This document shows positions 20,987 to 30,248 of a stretch of DNA of 64,000 bases, piece by piece; position 1 is the first letter of the stretch, and each line of letters begins with the position of its first letter. A model generated the notes under the pieces. The model did not search any database. It was not told the DNA's origin and saw only the letters and a program-made list of their open reading frames with translations. Both the position numbers and the translations under genes were made by a program. Source of the stretch: Salinispira sp. (GTDB lineage Bacteria > Spirochaetota > Spirochaetia > DSM-27196 > Salinispiraceae); the NCBI GenBank assembly GCA_965602015.1, contig OZ271918.1:3040001-3104000 (forward strand), written 5' to 3'.

Positions 20987-21934
20987 ATGCAAGGAATACC
21001 AGAATACCCCGAATTCTCAAAAATTGAGAGGGATTTCAAGGCAGAATTGTACCCGCTGCTCAACAAGCTTCCCGGAGGAATCTCCGAATTCACCTTTACC
21101 GGCCTCTATCTGTTTCGCAACACGTACAAATACGAGCTGAGCTGGCTGCCGGGGAAAAAGCTGCTGATAAAAGGCGAAAAAGAGGGAAAGAGCTTTTACA
21201 GTCTTCCCATGGGCTTCCCGGAAGACAAGCAACTTCGGGAAACCCTTCTTCATGAAGTCAACTATATAAAGAACCTCACGGAAAATCATGCGGACGACGC
21301 CCGCGTCTGGCTCGAGAGCATTGGCTACAACGTGTGCGAAGATCGGGACAACTTCGACTATCTCTACCTTCGTGAAGACCTGGCAACTCTTCGAGGCAAG
21401 AAATACCATAAAAAGCGCAATCAGGTTAACGCATTTATCAACAACTACTCCTATGAAGAACGGCCGCTATGCAGCGACAATATTGCAGACGCTTTTTCCG
21501 TTTTGGATGAATGGCGTCGTTTGAGAGAAGACGACGGGGACTATGAAGCGAGTAAAGAAGCCCTTGAGCAGAAGGATTTTCTTTCTCTGGACGGCTACAT
21601 TGTCTACGTCGACGGCAAACCGGCTGCCTACACCATGGGCGAAGGAATTGCCAACGGAAGTACCTATGTAATTCATGTTGAGAAGGCCATTGGTCACTAC
21701 CGGGGCATTTATCAATTTATCAATCAGGCTTATGCCTCGGTTCTTCACAAAAAGTATCAGTATATTAACCGCGAACAAGACCTGGGCGACGCCGGCCTAC
21801 GCCAGGCAAAAATGACCTATCGCCCTGCGGGCTTTATTAAAAAATACCGGGTGTGCACAATAGGTAGTGTGGAAGTGCCCTTTCACACAGTAAACGCCGG
21901 AGAAGTGCGCGAATATGCGGGAAACCCTCGTTGA
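20987..21934 (+). CDS. DUF2156 / MprF-like GNAT-fold protein (stand-alone)
   Basis: DRDNFDYLY, LRGKKYHKKRN, HVEKA and INREQDLGDAGLRQAKMTY. Start ATG 20987 follows TTGCCC-17-TATATT-6. Confidence 0.85.
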   Translation: MQGIPEYPEFSKIERDFKAELYPLLNKLPGGISEFTFTGLYLFRNTYKYELSWLPGKKLLIKGEKEGKSFYSLPMGFPEDKQLRETLLHEVNYIKNLTENHADDARVWLESIGYNVCEDRDNFDYLYLREDLATLRGKKYHKKRNQVNAFINNYSYEERPLCSDNIADAFSVLDEWRRLREDDGDYEASKEALEQKDFLSLDGYIVYVDGKPAAYTMGEGIANGSTYVIHVEKAIGHYRGIYQFINQAYASVLHKKYQYINREQDLGDAGLRQAKMTYRPAGFIKKYRVCTIGSVEVPFHTVNAGEVREYAGNPR

Positions 21935-24900
21935 TGAAATACTAGCGATCCACCCCGAACACTCCAGGGAAAAGCTCCAACTCATTCTGGCGGCATTTTC
22001 TCATGCAAAGACCGAAAGACTCCCCCGAAGAGATCTGGCAGAAATTATCCATTACGCCGCCTCCATTACCCCGGCTAATCCTGTGCGATGCCTGCTGAGG
22101 AGAGACAGCGGGCATCAAGACGGTCCCACATCGATATATGTAATCGGACACGATCATGCGATGCTCTTCAGCATTTTAACCGGCGCTTTGGCTTCCGCAG
22201 GCTTTGATATACGCCGGGGCAGCCTTATCACCTCTGAGCGGATCGGCGGAAAGCGTTTAATCATCGATCATTTCTCCGGTAATCTTCCCCGAAAGACCGA
22301 TTCCCCATCGTGGTTCCAAGGCTTCACAAAGACCATGGAAGACATGTATTTCATCCTCGAAAAGGGCGGAAGTCCCGAACAGAAACAGGAACTCATCCAG
22401 CAGCGAATCATCGAAATGGTGAGCACCTCCCTTGAGCAGCGAAGTACGCCAAAAGACAGCCTCTTAAATCCAATAAACCTTCGCATTGAGCAAAAACCCG
22501 ACTCTACCCTCATCGAAATAAAATCCAGCGACACCCCGCTTTTTCTCTTCAGCCTGAGCAGCGTTCTCAGTCTTCACAGGCTTCGAATCGAACAGGTCAA
22601 TATCGAGACTAAAAACGGGAGATTAATCGACAGCATCGAATTCACCGACAATCGGGGCAACCCGATTACCAGCGAGAAAAAGCTCAACCGCATCAAGCTC
22701 TCAATTCTCATCTCCAAGCAGTTCACCTACTTTCTCGACCAGGCTCCGGATCCTACCAAAGCCCTGACGCGCTTTGACGATCTTATTCAGGACGTGCGGC
22801 AGTTAAAAGCCGGGGAGGACATTCGGCAAATGCTGGCGTCCCCGGAATTCCACGGCGAGCTGGCCCGGCTTCTCGGCACCAGTGATTTTATTTGGGAAGA
22901 TTTTATCCGGATCCAGCGGGACAGTATTCTGCCGATGCTCAAAAACGTTAACCGCAGCAGGCTTTTGAGCTTTGAACCTGAGGAGATGGCCGATGCCCTT
23001 ACACGGCACCTGGAAAATTTCGACGGTCCGGATCTCGAACGGGAGCTCAATGCGTTTAAGAACAGACAGAGTTTTCTCATTGATATGGATCATATTCTCG
23101 TACGGGATCTGGATTTCTTCTTCCTGTCGCGAAGACTCAGCGCCCTCGCCGATGCGGTTATTAATGCCGCCTGCGAAATAGCCTATCGGAACTGCGTCGA
23201 TCTGTACGGGGTTCCCCGGACCGCCGGCGGTCTGGAACCACATTGGGCGGTTTTTGGCCTCGGCAAACTTGGCGGTCAGGCAATGGGATACGCCTCCGAC
23301 CTGGAGCTGCTGTTTATCTATTCCGACAGCGGTAAAAGCGACGGCAGCAAAGCCCTCGCGAATCGTGATTTCTTCGAGAAAATGTTCAAGCGGGCTGCGG
23401 GATTGATTTCCGCAAAAAAAGAAGGAATTTTCCAGGTGGACCTGCGGTTGCGGCCCCATGGAGAAGACGGCCCGGTGGCGGTGAAGCTCGACAAGTTCCA
23501 GGCTTATTACGGGGAAGACGGCAAGGCACACAGTGCAGAGCGCCTCGCCCTGGTCCGCCTGCGGCGCATCGGTGGTGAGCAGCGACTTGGAGAAGAAATT
23601 CTATCAATCAGAGACCACATCGTGTATGAAAGCGATTCCATCGATCTGCCGGAGCTGCGGGACCTGCGGCGTATCCAGCTGGAAGAAAAGCTGGAGGAAG
23701 GAAGAATAAACGCGAAGTTCAGCCCCGGAGGCTTGGTCGACCTTGAGTATAATGTGCAAATTCTTCAGGTGATACACGGCCGGGGCCACCCCCACATCAG
23801 AGGCCCGGGTATTCACACAGCGCTGCATGAACTTCAGCGCCTGGGTACCATCGACCGGGACGAAAGCCTGGCAATGATCCAGGCATACCGATTTCATCGA
23901 AACCTCATAAACGGACTGCGTATGCTTCGGGGAAATGCCGACGACCTCTTTCTTCCTGATGCGGCCCAGAGGGAATTCCGCCACCTTGCCCGTCGCATAG
24001 GCTACCGGCGAAACGGGGAACTCAGCGAATCTGATCAGTTAAAAATCGATTTCGAAACCCACAGCGCAAAGGTGCGGCAATTCGTCGAACGGCACCTCGG
24101 CAGAGATGCCATTCCCGGCGACAGGCGCATGACCGTGGTTGATCTGGTTCTCGGTGCGACCATAGACGACGAATCCCCCGGCGAGTTCACCGCCCTTTTT
24201 GCCAGTTCGGGTTTTTCCGAACCACGGAAGGCCCAAGTCAACCTGAAGCGCATTGCTGAGGGACTCGGTTCCCAATCAGATTTTATCAGGCTCATAATAC
24301 TGGCCTGGGAACGCATATGCCGGAGCGCCGATCCGGATATGGCGCTGAACAATTGGGAACAGTTCGTCGCCAATCTCTCGGACCCCCAAGAGCACATCCT
24401 GCAATTGCTGAGTCAGCCACGGCGCATGGACATTCTGTATCAATTGCTCGCCAGTTCCCAATACCTTGCGGACACCCTAATCCAGAATCCCGGGTTTTTC
24501 CTGTGGGCAACGGACCCCATGGTTGTGAACCGTCCCCGGACGCAGATCGATATGGAAGAAACGCTGGCTGCCGAAGCCGCCTCCGCGGTCGATCGACTGG
24601 ACTGGCAAAACCGGATTCGGCTCATGCGCAAGCGGGAAATCCTGCGGATAGGAGTACGGGACATCGCCCTCGGTGTCAAAATCGAAGAAATAATGGGGGA
24701 AATATCCTTTCTCGCCCGGGGCTGCTGCGAAGTATCTCTCAAAGAAGCATGGCGTCGCGAGCAGCAAAAATCCCCCGAGCAGGATATAAAAAGCGCTTCC
24801 CAACGGGTTTCAGTCCTCGCCTTCGGCAAGCTCGGAGGATGGGAACTCAACTACAGCTCGGATATCGACCTTCTGTGCGTATACGACGCCGATCCACATG

Positions 24901-25688
24901 CAAATCGGGACAATGAAAACCAGCTGTACACCCGGGTTTTTCGGGAAATGGTAAAAGATCTCAACGACTTCACCAGCGAAGGCCAGGCCTACCGGGTAGA
25001 TATGCGGCTCAGGCCGTACGGAGCCTCGGGCCCCCTTGTGTCTTCCCTGAGCTCGGCATTTTCCTACTATCAGAAGCAAGCCGAACCCTGGGAATTCCAG
25101 GCCCTGGTAAAGCTCAAACCCGTCGCGGGAAACCTGGTTCTGGGTGAACGGTTCCTGGAGAACCTCAAACCGGTGTTCGACAACGTTTGGGAAGTACACG
25201 ATCCCAGAGAAAACATCAGGAAGATGCGGGAAAAAAGCATTGCCCATCATGTGGGGGGCAGTGGATCGGATCTTAACGATCGGGACGCCGACATCATGGC
25301 GGGATTCGATGTGAAGAATGATCGCGGAGGCATCAGGGACATTGAGTTTTTCATCCAGGGGAAGCAGATGCTGCACAGCGCCGACTACCCGGCGGTACTG
25401 ACGGGGAACAGTCTCCGGGGCCTTCAGCTTTTGCTGCGGGCCGACCTTATTTCCTCCGAGCTCGCCGCCAGATTAAGCGAGTACTACCGTTTTTTCAGAA
25501 AGGTTGAGCATTATCTGCAACTCGCCCAGAATCGCCAGGAGCACCGTCTGCCGGACAAGCAAGAGGATCGGGCGAAACTCGCCCGCTGCATCCAGCCTCA
25601 AAGCACGACAGAGGGTTTTTTCCGATACTTCAGCTCCGCCCTCAAGGAAGTCCACGCGGTGTACCGGGGCTTTATCAGTCAGTCCTGA
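21915..25688 (+). CDS. glnE: Glutamine synthetase adenylyltransferase/deadenylyltransferase with N-terminal ACT-like domains
   Basis: Two nucleotidyltransferase modules: GKLGGQAMGYASDLE...VDLRLRPHG and GKLGGWELNYSSDID...VDMRLRPYG...GGIRDIEF. Confidence 0.92.
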   Translation: MRETLVDEILAIHPEHSREKLQLILAAFSHAKTERLPRRDLAEIIHYAASITPANPVRCLLRRDSGHQDGPTSIYVIGHDHAMLFSILTGALASAGFDIRRGSLITSERIGGKRLIIDHFSGNLPRKTDSPSWFQGFTKTMEDMYFILEKGGSPEQKQELIQQRIIEMVSTSLEQRSTPKDSLLNPINLRIEQKPDSTLIEIKSSDTPLFLFSLSSVLSLHRLRIEQVNIETKNGRLIDSIEFTDNRGNPITSEKKLNRIKLSILISKQFTYFLDQAPDPTKALTRFDDLIQDVRQLKAGEDIRQMLASPEFHGELARLLGTSDFIWEDFIRIQRDSILPMLKNVNRSRLLSFEPEEMADALTRHLENFDGPDLERELNAFKNRQSFLIDMDHILVRDLDFFFLSRRLSALADAVINAACEIAYRNCVDLYGVPRTAGGLEPHWAVFGLGKLGGQAMGYASDLELLFIYSDSGKSDGSKALANRDFFEKMFKRAAGLISAKKEGIFQVDLRLRPHGEDGPVAVKLDKFQAYYGEDGKAHSAERLALVRLRRIGGEQRLGEEILSIRDHIVYESDSIDLPELRDLRRIQLEEKLEEGRINAKFSPGGLVDLEYNVQILQVIHGRGHPHIRGPGIHTALHELQRLGTIDRDESLAMIQAYRFHRNLINGLRMLRGNADDLFLPDAAQREFRHLARRIGYRRNGELSESDQLKIDFETHSAKVRQFVERHLGRDAIPGDRRMTVVDLVLGATIDDESPGEFTALFASSGFSEPRKAQVNLKRIAEGLGSQSDFIRLIILAWERICRSADPDMALNNWEQFVANLSDPQEHILQLLSQPRRMDILYQLLASSQYLADTLIQNPGFFLWATDPMVVNRPRTQIDMEETLAAEAASAVDRLDWQNRIRLMRKREILRIGVRDIALGVKIEEIMGEISFLARGCCEVSLKEAWRREQQKSPEQDIKSASQRVSVLAFGKLGGWELNYSSDIDLLCVYDADPHANRDNENQLYTRVFREMVKDLNDFTSEGQAYRVDMRLRPYGASGPLVSSLSSAFSYYQKQAEPWEFQALVKLKPVAGNLVLGERFLENLKPVFDNVWEVHDPRENIRKMREKSIAHHVGGSGSDLNDRDADIMAGFDVKNDRGGIRDIEFFIQGKQMLHSADYPAVLTGNSLRGLQLLLRADLISSELAARLSEYYRFFRKVEHYLQLAQNRQEHRLPDKQEDRAKLARCIQPQSTTEGFFRYFSSALKEVHAVYRGFISQS

Positions 25689-25819
25689 TAAAAAGAGAAT
25701 CTATCAGAATGTCTTACCTTTTATGGGAATATCCTTTTAAATAGTCGAAAAGTTGAAAGATTGGTAACAGATTCAGGGTTTTGCCATGTTCTATACGTAG
25801 ATTCACTCGGGAGAATGGT

Positions 25820-26293
25820 TTGCAGATCGATATCGAAAAATACTATTCAACATACGCGCCGATGGTGTACCGCCGATGTCTGGCAATCGTCAAAAACGAC
25901 GATGCGGCATCGGACATCATGCAGGACGTGTTTGTTAATCTTCTACGATTCCAGGAGCGCCTGGAACACAAGGGACCGTCCAGCTTGTTGTACACAATGG
26001 CGACCAACTTGAGTCTCAATTACCTTCGTTCACAAAAGTTGAGGCAGTACACTCCGGTCGATGAATATGATCCGGGTTGGAGCGATCCCAGCGGTGAGAC
26101 CATTCTCGCCAGGCACTTTCTCGACCGTCTTTTCTCGATCGAGGATGAGAAGACTCAGACCATTGCCTGGCTGCATTATGTCGACCGCTTCACCCTGGAA
26201 GAAACCGCAGAACAGGTCGGCATGTCGGTATCAGGCATCCGAAAACGTCTGAGAAAGCTCCAGAGCCGGGGCAAATCCCTGAAGGAGGCCTAG
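25820..26293 (+). CDS. ECF RNA polymerase sigma factor
   Basis: Region 2 (DIMQDVFV...LLYTMATNLSLN) and region 4 (TLEETAEQVGMSVSGIRKRL). TTG 25820 has SD GGGAG; the ORF track starts at 25781. Confidence 0.93.
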   Translation: MQIDIEKYYSTYAPMVYRRCLAIVKNDDAASDIMQDVFVNLLRFQERLEHKGPSSLLYTMATNLSLNYLRSQKLRQYTPVDEYDPGWSDPSGETILARHFLDRLFSIEDEKTQTIAWLHYVDRFTLEETAEQVGMSVSGIRKRLRKLQSRGKSLKEA

Positions 26294-26299
26294 GAAACG

Positions 26300-27190
26300 A
26301 TGAAAGCCCAGACTGACCACATTAACGATTTGTATTATGAACAGGCAGCCGTGGATGAGTTGCCCGGCAAGGTACTCGACCGCTTAAAGGAGCAGCCTTC
26401 CTTCAGCGCTGAAGAATTTGAACGGCGGGTTGGCGAACTCCGTGAGGAAAACCGTCAGTTCCACCGGCGCAAAGACAGCCGAAAAATACTTGAGGCAATC
26501 AGGTCCCGGGCCTTTGCCGACGCTCATGACGAAAATCGCGTTTCGGTATTCGCCGATGAGTTTAAGCGCCGCGATGATGCTTCCGACGCAGCTCCCCGGC
26601 AATCAAAATTTCGTATTGCCGGTATGCCCCGCTGGGGAGCCGCCCTGGCGGCCGCCCTACCGGTATTTTTGGCCATCGGCATCATAATGCGGATGGGCAT
26701 CCCCGCAGGCCCAGAAATTCCCGGCGATATCGAGCCCGGCATCCGCACCAAGGGGCTAGAACCCCGGATATTCGTCTATCGCGATATGGGTGACGGCCAG
26801 GCTGAACTCCTGCAGGACAGCACCCAGGTACAGGAAAACGACAGGCTGCAGATTTCCTACCTGGCGGCCGGTATGAACTACGGCGCCATCCTCTCGATTG
26901 ACGGCTCATCGGTGATTACCCTTCATTATCCCGAAAATTCCAATATGCTCCCTCGATTACAACCCAGAGATGAGGTATATCTACCATATGGTTATCTGCT
27001 TGACGATGCGCCGGATTTCGAACGATTCTTTTTCGTAACCTCCAATGAAGCATTTGACGTCAGAGAGCTTATGGCCAGCCTCACCCCTCAATTACGGAGC
27101 AATGCATGGGCAGAACAGGGCACCCTGGAAATCCCGGGAGACTTTAAAGTCCATCGTATCAATCTGGTTAAACCCCGGGCACAACGTTAG
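26300..27190 (+). CDS. Putative single-pass anti-sigma factor with a DUF4384-like exported domain
   Basis: Directly after the ECF gene, SD AGGAGG. Soluble N-terminus, one TM (WGAALAAALPVFLAIGII), IRTKG, then QENDRLQISY...ILSIDGSSVITLHYP...LDDAPDFERFFFV. Confidence 0.75.
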   Translation: MKAQTDHINDLYYEQAAVDELPGKVLDRLKEQPSFSAEEFERRVGELREENRQFHRRKDSRKILEAIRSRAFADAHDENRVSVFADEFKRRDDASDAAPRQSKFRIAGMPRWGAALAAALPVFLAIGIIMRMGIPAGPEIPGDIEPGIRTKGLEPRIFVYRDMGDGQAELLQDSTQVQENDRLQISYLAAGMNYGAILSIDGSSVITLHYPENSNMLPRLQPRDEVYLPYGYLLDDAPDFERFFFVTSNEAFDVRELMASLTPQLRSNAWAEQGTLEIPGDFKVHRINLVKPRAQR

Positions 27191-27199
27191 GAGGCAGAA

Positions 27200-29812
27200 A
27201 TGAAAATAAATAAAATACTGCCCATACTTTTTATACTATTATCGGTTAGCATTGCAGCGGTCGCCCAAAGCGGCCCTAGCGAACCTCAGGGTGTGCGTCG
27301 ATTCGGTCTGTTTGTCGGTGTAAACGACGGTGGCAGCACTCGTCAGCAGCTGCGCTGGGCGGTAAGCGATGCCCGCAAACTCAGCGAAGTGATGTCGGAA
27401 GTGGGCGGAATACTGCCCGGCGATGCCCTCGTACTTGAAGATCCGGGCACTCGCAGCATTGCATCGGGATTCGACAGGGTTAACCGGCTCATCGAAATTG
27501 AAGAAGCCAATGCTCGCCGTGTCGAGTTTGTCTTTTACTATAGCGGACATTCCGATGAAACCGGTTTGCTTTTGGGCGATGATCACATGGCCTACAGCGA
27601 CCTGAGAGAGGCGATACAATCGGTAAATGCCGATGTCCGCGTAGCGATTCTCGACTCATGCGCCTCAGGGGCGTTTACCCGCTCCAAGGGCGGGGAACGA
27701 ACGCAGCCCTTCCTCATCGGCGACAGTTCGGATATGACCGGCCATGCTTTTCTCACCTCCAGCTCGGAGGATGAGCTGGCTCAGGAATCCGACAGGCTGG
27801 CGGCATCGTATTTTACGCACTTTATGATTTCCGGCCTTCGCGGCGCGGCGGACCATTCCGGAGACCGGAAGGTTACCCTAAACGAAGCTTACGAATACGC
27901 GTTCAACGAGACCCTCTCGGTTACCAGTAGCAGCGTCGCCGGCCCCCAGCATCCGTCATACAATATTGAACTCAGCGGTTCCGGGGACCTGGTCCTCACC
28001 GATCTGAGCAACCCGATTAGCTCACTGGTTCTCGACAGCGATCTGGCAGGACGGATGTTTATAAAGGACGGTCGGGGGAATATAATTGCCGAGGTCAATA
28101 AAGCTCCCGACAAGCTCATCGAAATCGCCCTCGATCCGGGCCTCTACTCTGTAGAGCTCAACGCCGCTAACGGCGGGTTTTACCAGTACCAGTTCAACCT
28201 CTCATACCGGAGTCAGCGTTTACTGGGCATGCGCGATATGAATCCCATTCAGCCAATCGCCAATCGAACCCGGGGCGGCAGCCCTATCGAACCCTTCCTT
28301 CAAAATCAGGACAGCGCTTCCGCAGAAAACCGGGAAGTGGAAGACGGCACCCTGGACGGACCGGAAGAGCCCGCAGCAGATATTGGGGGGCAGGAACTGC
28401 CTGACAGCTCCGATAGCGGCGAGGCGAATGACTTTTTTATCAATGAAGACGATTTTTTTACCGACGAAGAGGATTTCTTCTCGGATGAATCGGACTTTTT
28501 CGACGATCCCTTCTTTGCCGATGAAGGTGAACAGCCGGCCCGGGATCTGGTACCCGGCAGCGAAAATTCGAGCATCACCGATGCGCGGCCTGAGCAGGAT
28601 AAAATACCGTCGAACAACAGCGGATTAAAGCGGGAGGAGCCCCTAAGTGCCGATCCCCAGCAGTCGCCGGCATTTCGCTATGAGCCGTTTTACGCCACAG
28701 TAGTTCCCGGCATAAGCATTCCCTGGGGCGACGGAAGCGGTATGCACAATAACGTCGCCGTTTCCCCGCTCATTCTTGAAACCGGGATGATTACCGGCTC
28801 AGCGATGAGCGGCATTGTCAGCACTCATGAGGGCAGGGTCATCGGGGCTTCCTTCGCGGGAATCGGAATAGAATTCCGCGACAATCTGGTAGGCGCGGGT
28901 TTCGGCGGGATTTACACCATCGCTTCGGGTCGGGTATTCGGCGCACAGCTGGCCGGGGTGTTCAACATCGCCTCTGAACCGTCCGTAACATTCCAGGCAG
29001 CCGGAGTATTTAATATCGCCGAGGAGCCGATCAGCGGAGCGCAAATTTCCGGCGTGTTCAATGAGGCGGATCACAGAATCGACGGTGTGCAGCTCAGCGG
29101 TGTATTTAACGAAACCGGAACAGTGAACGGCGCTCAGATTGCTGGGGTATTCAACAACGCAGTACAGGTCAACGGGGCTCAGCTCGGTACGGTAAACATC
29201 ACCAAGAACGGCAACGGAGTACAGCTTGGTGTCGTTAACCTGGCCCGCGGCCGACTGAACGGCGTGCAGCTCGGTGTCATAAACGTCGCAGACGACCTGT
29301 ACGGCATTCCCATTGGTCTTATCAGCTGGGTCCGTCAGGGGATTCACGACATCAGCTACTGGACAGAAGACGAAACTACAAGCTTCGTCGGCACTGCCAA
29401 CGGCAGCAGGAATTTTTATGCCATACTCTATGCGGGAATAGACAACCAGGGAGAATTTGATCTGCTCCCTGAACTCACCGCTGGATTCGGATGGGGACTT
29501 CGGATCAGTCTCAAGCCGATATACTTCGATCTCGAGGCGACGGTTCGTCGGGGGACCCGGGGCGAAAGCGCCAACGACAGGATGGTCAGCCTGTTTGACC
29601 CGGAGAACCCTTACATCTATCCGACCGCGCGCTTCATGACCGGCCTTGAGTTCCTTGGGATTGGGTTCTTCCTCGGCTTGAGCATGGATCTCGAACTTGA
29701 GCAGTCCCTCACCGGCGGCCTCGTCAGATACAACGGCAAGGCGAGCGGTGCTCGGCCAATCGAAGGATTCGGAACGATACACCATCGGTTTATGTGGGGA
29801 GTCAGGCTATAA
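27200..29812 (+). CDS. Exported caspase-like (peptidase C14) protein with beta-solenoid repeats and a probable C-terminal outer-membrane beta-domain
   Basis: Signal peptide; RFGLFVGVN, LRWAVSDA, YYSGHS (His), ILDSCASG (Cys), GLRGAAD; GxQ(L/I)xGV(F)N repeats; ends FMWGVRL. Confidence 0.88.
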   Translation: MKINKILPILFILLSVSIAAVAQSGPSEPQGVRRFGLFVGVNDGGSTRQQLRWAVSDARKLSEVMSEVGGILPGDALVLEDPGTRSIASGFDRVNRLIEIEEANARRVEFVFYYSGHSDETGLLLGDDHMAYSDLREAIQSVNADVRVAILDSCASGAFTRSKGGERTQPFLIGDSSDMTGHAFLTSSSEDELAQESDRLAASYFTHFMISGLRGAADHSGDRKVTLNEAYEYAFNETLSVTSSSVAGPQHPSYNIELSGSGDLVLTDLSNPISSLVLDSDLAGRMFIKDGRGNIIAEVNKAPDKLIEIALDPGLYSVELNAANGGFYQYQFNLSYRSQRLLGMRDMNPIQPIANRTRGGSPIEPFLQNQDSASAENREVEDGTLDGPEEPAADIGGQELPDSSDSGEANDFFINEDDFFTDEEDFFSDESDFFDDPFFADEGEQPARDLVPGSENSSITDARPEQDKIPSNNSGLKREEPLSADPQQSPAFRYEPFYATVVPGISIPWGDGSGMHNNVAVSPLILETGMITGSAMSGIVSTHEGRVIGASFAGIGIEFRDNLVGAGFGGIYTIASGRVFGAQLAGVFNIASEPSVTFQAAGVFNIAEEPISGAQISGVFNEADHRIDGVQLSGVFNETGTVNGAQIAGVFNNAVQVNGAQLGTVNITKNGNGVQLGVVNLARGRLNGVQLGVINVADDLYGIPIGLISWVRQGIHDISYWTEDETTSFVGTANGSRNFYAILYAGIDNQGEFDLLPELTAGFGWGLRISLKPIYFDLEATVRRGTRGESANDRMVSLFDPENPYIYPTARFMTGLEFLGIGFFLGLSMDLELEQSLTGGLVRYNGKASGARPIEGFGTIHHRFMWGVRL
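28430..28525 (+). repeat. Acidic-aromatic ~7-aa coding repeat (DFF units)
   Basis: DFFINED-DFFTDEE-DFFSDES-DFFDDPFFADE; ~21-nt period. Confidence 0.8.
28796..29323 (+). repeat. About 12 tandem 14-16-aa GxQxxGVFN-type repeats (beta-solenoid)
   Basis: GAQLAGVFN, TFQAAGVFN, GAQISGVFN, GVQLSGVFN, GAQIAGVFN, GAQLGTVN, GVQLGVVN, GVQLGVIN, plus degenerate copies. Confidence 0.9.
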
Positions 29813-29839
29813 AGCCTTTAAGCAATCCCGGTTGAGAAT

Positions 29840-29880
29840 AAGCCCGGCGTGGCGCCGCATTGCCGCCACCGGGCTTTTTT
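29840..29880 (+). terminator. Intrinsic terminator of the ECF-caspase cassette
   Basis: AAGCCCG..GTGGCG / CGCCAC.CGGGCTT stem followed by a T-run. Confidence 0.8.
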
Positions 29881-30180
29881 ATGCCCGGAACAGGAATCAC
29901 GGGGCCAGGGTCTGAGCCTATTAGCGGACTGTCCTCATAGCTAAACAGGCCGTGGCCAGTTCTCGACACGCGAATCCCAACAGTCGACTCCATTCACACA
30001 GGGACCGGAATGTTGGCTCTCAACGGAAGTCTCTTAAAAGCCGGATATCACATGCAAGCTCTCGACGGGCCGCTCCCACAAACGAGCTCTCGACGGACCG
30101 CTTCCCGAAGCCGGTGCCACTCGCTCGGCATCAACGCAAATTGTGAAACGAAAAAAACCACAAGCTTCCAGGCACTCTAT

Positions 30181-30217
30181 AAAAAAAAGAGGCCGCCCGG
30201 CGGAGTACCGGACGGCC
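30181..30217 (-). terminator. glnA intrinsic terminator
   Basis: Minus strand GGCCGTCCGG-7-CCGGGCGGCC, then TCTTTTTTTT. Confidence 0.85.
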
Positions 30218-30248
30218 AAACACATACAAAACCTTACAGGAGGTCAGG

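Noticed and set aside
25764..25793. ECF autoregulatory promoter GTAAC...GTTCTA
   Set aside because: The 19-nt spacer is long for ECF promoters, and a single instance cannot be told from chance.
28799..29785. 328-aa minus-strand ORF with periodicity
   Set aside because: Mirror of the solenoid repeats in the caspase gene.
30057..30106. Mini CRISPR array
   Set aside because: Only two imperfect copies 7 nt apart; no cas genes.
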